A stretch of 64,000 bases of DNA from a virus. Positions within the stretch are counted from its first letter, which is position 1. Every line of letters starts with the position of its first letter. Shown here piece by piece: positions 60,726-64,000 of this stretch. The position numbers were made by a program, and so were the translations under genes. The stretch is from the IMG/VR virus record IMGVR_UViG_3300009510_000002. One strand, written 5' to 3'. A model generated the notes under the pieces. It searched no databases. It had not been told where the DNA came from and saw only the letters and a program-made list of their open reading frames with translations.

Positions 60726-62207
60726 ATGGCAGTTAGGGTTGATGCTTGTAGGACTACACGCAGTCCCGTTTTTAGGGAAGATGGTACCGCCATACTAGAG
60801 GGATGGTTTGCCAAATCTGGTGTGTTGGAATACAAGACACCCGATGGCAAAATTATTAGGGAATTTCGCCCTCCAGAAGAAAATGCTAAAGCTGCCCACA
60901 AGTGGGGGTTAATTCCAGTTACTTTGGAGCATCCTCCGGGGTTGCTGGATTCTTCAAGTAATCCCAGTTATTTAAAAGGGCTAACCGGCTCAGAGATCAA
61001 CACTACCAAGGATGGTTTTATTGGTGGGTTTATCACTGTTACCCACAAAGATGCAGTTGATTCCATTGTTCGCAAAGAAACTGTAGAACTTTCTACTGGT
61101 TACAAATGCCGTATTGACCATACCCCAGGAGTATGGAAAGGGCAAAAATACGATCGCATTCAACGTGATATTGAACCTAACCATGTAGCACTTACAGCTA
61201 AAGGCAGAGCCGGTCCTGAAGTAGCTCTGCACTTGGACAGTGCTGATGACGATTTTGCATATCAATTAGAAGAAGAAACTATGGGCACAAATCCTACAAT
61301 TACTACCAGATTAGATATGGGCAATGGGGTCATCATCGACAACCTTGACCCTAGTATTCATGCCGCGATCGCTCCTCGGTTTGATGATTTGAATCAGACT
61401 ATTGCTAAATTGACCGAAGAGAAAAATAATCTGGAACAAGAAAATGAAGAGTGGCAATCAGCGTATCAAGAGATAGCTTCCTTAGTTATTAAGGAAGGCT
61501 ACGAATGGGACGACCAACTAGGTACTTATGTTCGTGGCGATAGCAAAAAATCTAAGGCAGAAGATGATGACGACGACGATGAACCACCCAAAAAGAAATC
61601 ATCTTCTAAAGGTAAGAGTAAAGCCAAAGACGAAAGTAGTGACGATGGCGATGAAGATGATGACGATGACGAAGAAGGGTATGACGGTGACTATGCCGAC
61701 GATGATGATGAGGATGGTGGTAATGACGATGATGATGATGACGATGAAGATGATGACGACGACGACGATGAGGAAGAACCACCCACAAAAAAACCAGCTA
61801 AGAAAATGTCAGCAAAAAAATCCACTAAGAAAGATTCTAGTTCCAGCGACCTAAAACATTTTGCTGCTCGGTTAGCAGGTGCTGCTGTATTGGCTCAACA
61901 ATTAAATGTTCAAGTGAACATGGATTCTGTTGAATCACCAGAAGATATCTACGATGCAATTATTAAGGAGCATCTTCCCGAGATTAACCCTGAAATGTAC
62001 TCTGCTGCATACAAGGAAGGGGTTATCGAATCTTTGCTGGACCAAGCTTTAAAGACAGACAGTGAGGATGAAAGCAAACATACCAAAAATCTAACTACTG
62101 CTGTTTGGTATACCCAAAATCACGATCCTGAAAAAACTCGCAAAGACTCAGCAGAAACTCCTGAAGTTGAAGCTTGGAAACAACCTCTTGCTTTGAATAA
62201 AAAATAA
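60726..62207 (+). CDS. head scaffold/prohead protease-like protein (DUF2213-like) with hyperacidic tract
   Basis: N-terminal RSPVFREDGTAILEGWFAKSGVLEYKTPDGKIIREFRPPEE...IPVTLEHP resembles DUF2213. D/E-rich tract at about 61555-61790. Sits before the capsid gene. Confidence 0.6.
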   Translation: MAVRVDACRTTRSPVFREDGTAILEGWFAKSGVLEYKTPDGKIIREFRPPEENAKAAHKWGLIPVTLEHPPGLLDSSSNPSYLKGLTGSEINTTKDGFIGGFITVTHKDAVDSIVRKETVELSTGYKCRIDHTPGVWKGQKYDRIQRDIEPNHVALTAKGRAGPEVALHLDSADDDFAYQLEEETMGTNPTITTRLDMGNGVIIDNLDPSIHAAIAPRFDDLNQTIAKLTEEKNNLEQENEEWQSAYQEIASLVIKEGYEWDDQLGTYVRGDSKKSKAEDDDDDDEPPKKKSSSKGKSKAKDESSDDGDEDDDDDEEGYDGDYADDDDEDGGNDDDDDDDEDDDDDDDEEEPPTKKPAKKMSAKKSTKKDSSSSDLKHFAARLAGAAVLAQQLNVQVNMDSVESPEDIYDAIIKEHLPEINPEMYSAAYKEGVIESLLDQALKTDSEDESKHTKNLTTAVWYTQNHDPEKTRKDSAETPEVEAWKQPLALNKK

Positions 62208-62239
62208 GCCGTTTATCTAAATAAAATCCCCTAAAACTT

Positions 62240-63157
62240 ATGGTTTTTACCCCTCCCGGCACGATGCCGTTTAATATGTTCACTGGTTACGACGTACAAG
62301 GTGATAGCTTGTACAAGCGTTATATGGATGAAGCTGTACCTGGGCTATTGGCTGGGTACGGACAAGTCCTGATTGGACCAGGGATGAATACTCTGGCAAA
62401 CCCAGATACTTTCACCTTGACCCCACCTACGTCACCTGATAACTCTACGGTTTACACAATTAACGCATCTTTTGACGTTAGTTCTGAGTCTGTTAGCTAC
62501 ACTACCGTCTCAAGCAGTAGCCCGGCCGACCTGATGACTGGTCTATATAATGCCATGTTGGTAGACCCACTGTTCTACTCAATATGCAGCATTAGTTTAA
62601 ATACCAGCACTAATGTCATTACTCTGCAAGGGCGATCGGCTGGTATTTCTTTAGCTGTGACAGTTACCAGTGTTAATACTAACTTAATTACCGTCGCTCA
62701 TACCGTAACAGCTAGTACTAACCCCATTATTCCCTTTGGGCGGTTTGTTGGTTATCAATCCACCTACCCCATTGACGGTAATGGTGTCCCAGCACTGACT
62801 CTGATAAATACTACTAGTGGGTGGACCATCTACGGTGTAACCAAGATCTACGGTCTGACGGAACAAGTTGGGCTATTTCAAAACGCACAACAAGGTTATC
62901 CCTTTGGATACATCATGGAGGTGGTACGTAATATCGGTACTTATAATGGCATTTGGGTAGATACTGTAGAGTCCAATATTGCCCCTGGTACTACTCCTTT
63001 GTATATTGCGACTTCCGGTGCTAATGCTGGGATGCTTACAGCCACTAGTACTGGGAACTTGGTAATTCCATCTGGCACCGTGAGCATAGCCCAAGGTACC
63101 CGTCCCGCACTGGGTCGAAACGCAACTTTAATCCGCTGTGCTTTTGCAACGCCCTAA
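62240..63157 (+). CDS. hypothetical structural protein (between scaffold and major capsid genes)
   Basis: 305-aa S/T/G-rich ORF. The structural call is positional only. Confidence 0.5.
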   Translation: MVFTPPGTMPFNMFTGYDVQGDSLYKRYMDEAVPGLLAGYGQVLIGPGMNTLANPDTFTLTPPTSPDNSTVYTINASFDVSSESVSYTTVSSSSPADLMTGLYNAMLVDPLFYSICSISLNTSTNVITLQGRSAGISLAVTVTSVNTNLITVAHTVTASTNPIIPFGRFVGYQSTYPIDGNGVPALTLINTTSGWTIYGVTKIYGLTEQVGLFQNAQQGYPFGYIMEVVRNIGTYNGIWVDTVESNIAPGTTPLYIATSGANAGMLTATSTGNLVIPSGTVSIAQGTRPALGRNATLIRCAFATP

Positions 63158-63219
63158 TTAGCTTGGTTGGGAAGGTGTGTTTAAGGTCTGAATCACCAGC
63201 AAACTACACCTGAAATACT

Positions 63220-64000
63220 ATGGGCCTTTCTACGCAAACTAGGGCAGATGCTCTAAATATAGGTTTTTTTGAGCGGGAGCTTGAGTATCGCGAAACCGAA
63301 ATTAAAAAGCGACTACTCCCCGACTACCCGGCCGCAGAGGGAAAGATTGTCCCCTTCGATACTGAAGAAATGCGTTGGGCACAACGAACTTCCTACAAAG
63401 TCATTGACGGTATAGGTAAATTTGAGCGTGGTACAGCCATGACCTCTAACCTGCCAATGGTGCAAATGGTAGGGAAAGAATTTGCTCAACCTGTGCAGGA
63501 ATACCGTTCTGGATACATGATTAGTGAAGATGAAATTATCGCTTCACAAGAAAGAAATATCCCCATCGAAGAACAGAAGATCGCTCTTGTACAACAGGCA
63601 TACGTTGAGCAGTTGAATCTGTTAGTTTTACAAGGTGATTATTATGATCGGATGCCAGGATTAATTAATAATCCCTCTTGGCTTTACACCAAATCATCTA
63701 TTAAATTAGATGGCTCTACCACAGACCCTCGCACCATTCTCGCTCAGCTTAATGCTGGTGTGCAGGCAGGTTTGACAGTTACCAACAAAATCATGAAGTA
63801 TGATACGTTGCTGCTGCCAAAAAACCGCTACGACTTGTTACTGTCTGAACTGTACATGAGTGACCTTAACCTCATGTCAGTGTTGACTTACTTCCTGCAA
63901 AATAACCCCAGTATTACCAGTGTTCAACCCCTAGCTGAATTAGAAAATGCTGGAATTGATGGAGGGGCGATCGCTATTTTCTATAAGCGCGATCCCCTGT
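63220..64000 (+). CDS. major capsid protein, DUF2184-like, truncated by the window end
   Basis: My own translation from the ATG at 63220 is open to the window end (260 codons): MGLSTQTRADALNIGFFERELEYRETEIKK...NLPMVQMVGKEFAQPVQEYRSGYMISEDEI. Not in the ORF track because it has no stop. Confidence 0.6.
   Translation, partial: MGLSTQTRADALNIGFFERELEYRETEIKKRLLPDYPAAEGKIVPFDTEEMRWAQRTSYKVIDGIGKFERGTAMTSNLPMVQMVGKEFAQPVQEYRSGYMISEDEIIASQERNIPIEEQKIALVQQAYVEQLNLLVLQGDYYDRMPGLINNPSWLYTKSSIKLDGSTTDPRTILAQLNAGVQAGLTVTNKIMKYDTLLLPKNRYDLLLSELYMSDLNLMSVLTYFLQNNPSITSVQPLAELENAGIDGGAIAIFYKRDPL

Noticed and set aside
61528-61854. Track ORFs 61528..61854 (+, Met/Thr-rich) and 61606..61788 (-, His/Arg-rich)
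   Set aside because: They are alternative-frame and antisense translations of the GAT/GAC/GAA repeat that encodes the poly-Asp/Glu tract of 60726..62207.

Overview
The window looks like a large piece of a tailed cyanophage, prophage or phage-plasmid genome. The cyanobacterial HIP1 octamer GCGATCGC is very frequent in genes and intergenic hairpins, which points to a cyanobacterial host.

Recognisable phage functions:
- Packaging and head: a terminase large subunit split by an intein, a DUF2213-like scaffold/protease, a 3'-truncated DUF2184-like major capsid gene, and a Mu gpG-like morphogenesis protein.
- Lysis: a three-module endolysin (M15 peptidase, PG-binding, GH24 lysozyme).
- Replication and nucleotide metabolism: DnaB, a RusA resolvase, class II ribonucleotide reductase, and thymidylate kinase.
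- DNA modification and repair: three DNA methyltransferases (Dam-type, C5, small NPPF-type), Gp37/Gp68, ASCH, a PAPS-reductase-like protein, and a Pnkp-like kinase/phosphatase.

About half of the roughly 85 ORFs have no motif I can recognise.

The most unusual locus is at 40.5-45.3 kb:
- A 626-aa TnpB/Cas12-like ORF carries His instead of Asp at the RuvC-I catalytic position.
- Upstream of it lies a 470-nt ORF-free structured region containing an anti-repeat, which is a tracrRNA candidate.
- Next comes a CRISPR array of 10 conserved and 2 degenerate 36-nt repeats.
- A 640-bp trail follows in which only the repeat 3' end (TCGCAAG) recurs, 11 times exactly.
- I saw no adaptation genes and no Tn7-like genes anywhere in the window.

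Other items worth follow-up:
- A probable class 3 intein in the TerL P-loop.
- Two repeat-dense, ORF-poor regions (15.7-16.9 kb and 57.0-58.8 kb) that look like clusters of small transcription units or operators.
- A standalone patatin phospholipase gene behind a leader terminator.
- A 56-nt in-frame inverted repeat that could swap the lysozyme domain between two N-terminal modules.
- A 44-nt direct repeat flanking an inserted gene.
- An FtsK-like ATPase embedded among small membrane proteins.

All functional calls rest on motifs read by eye. No database search or folding was run.
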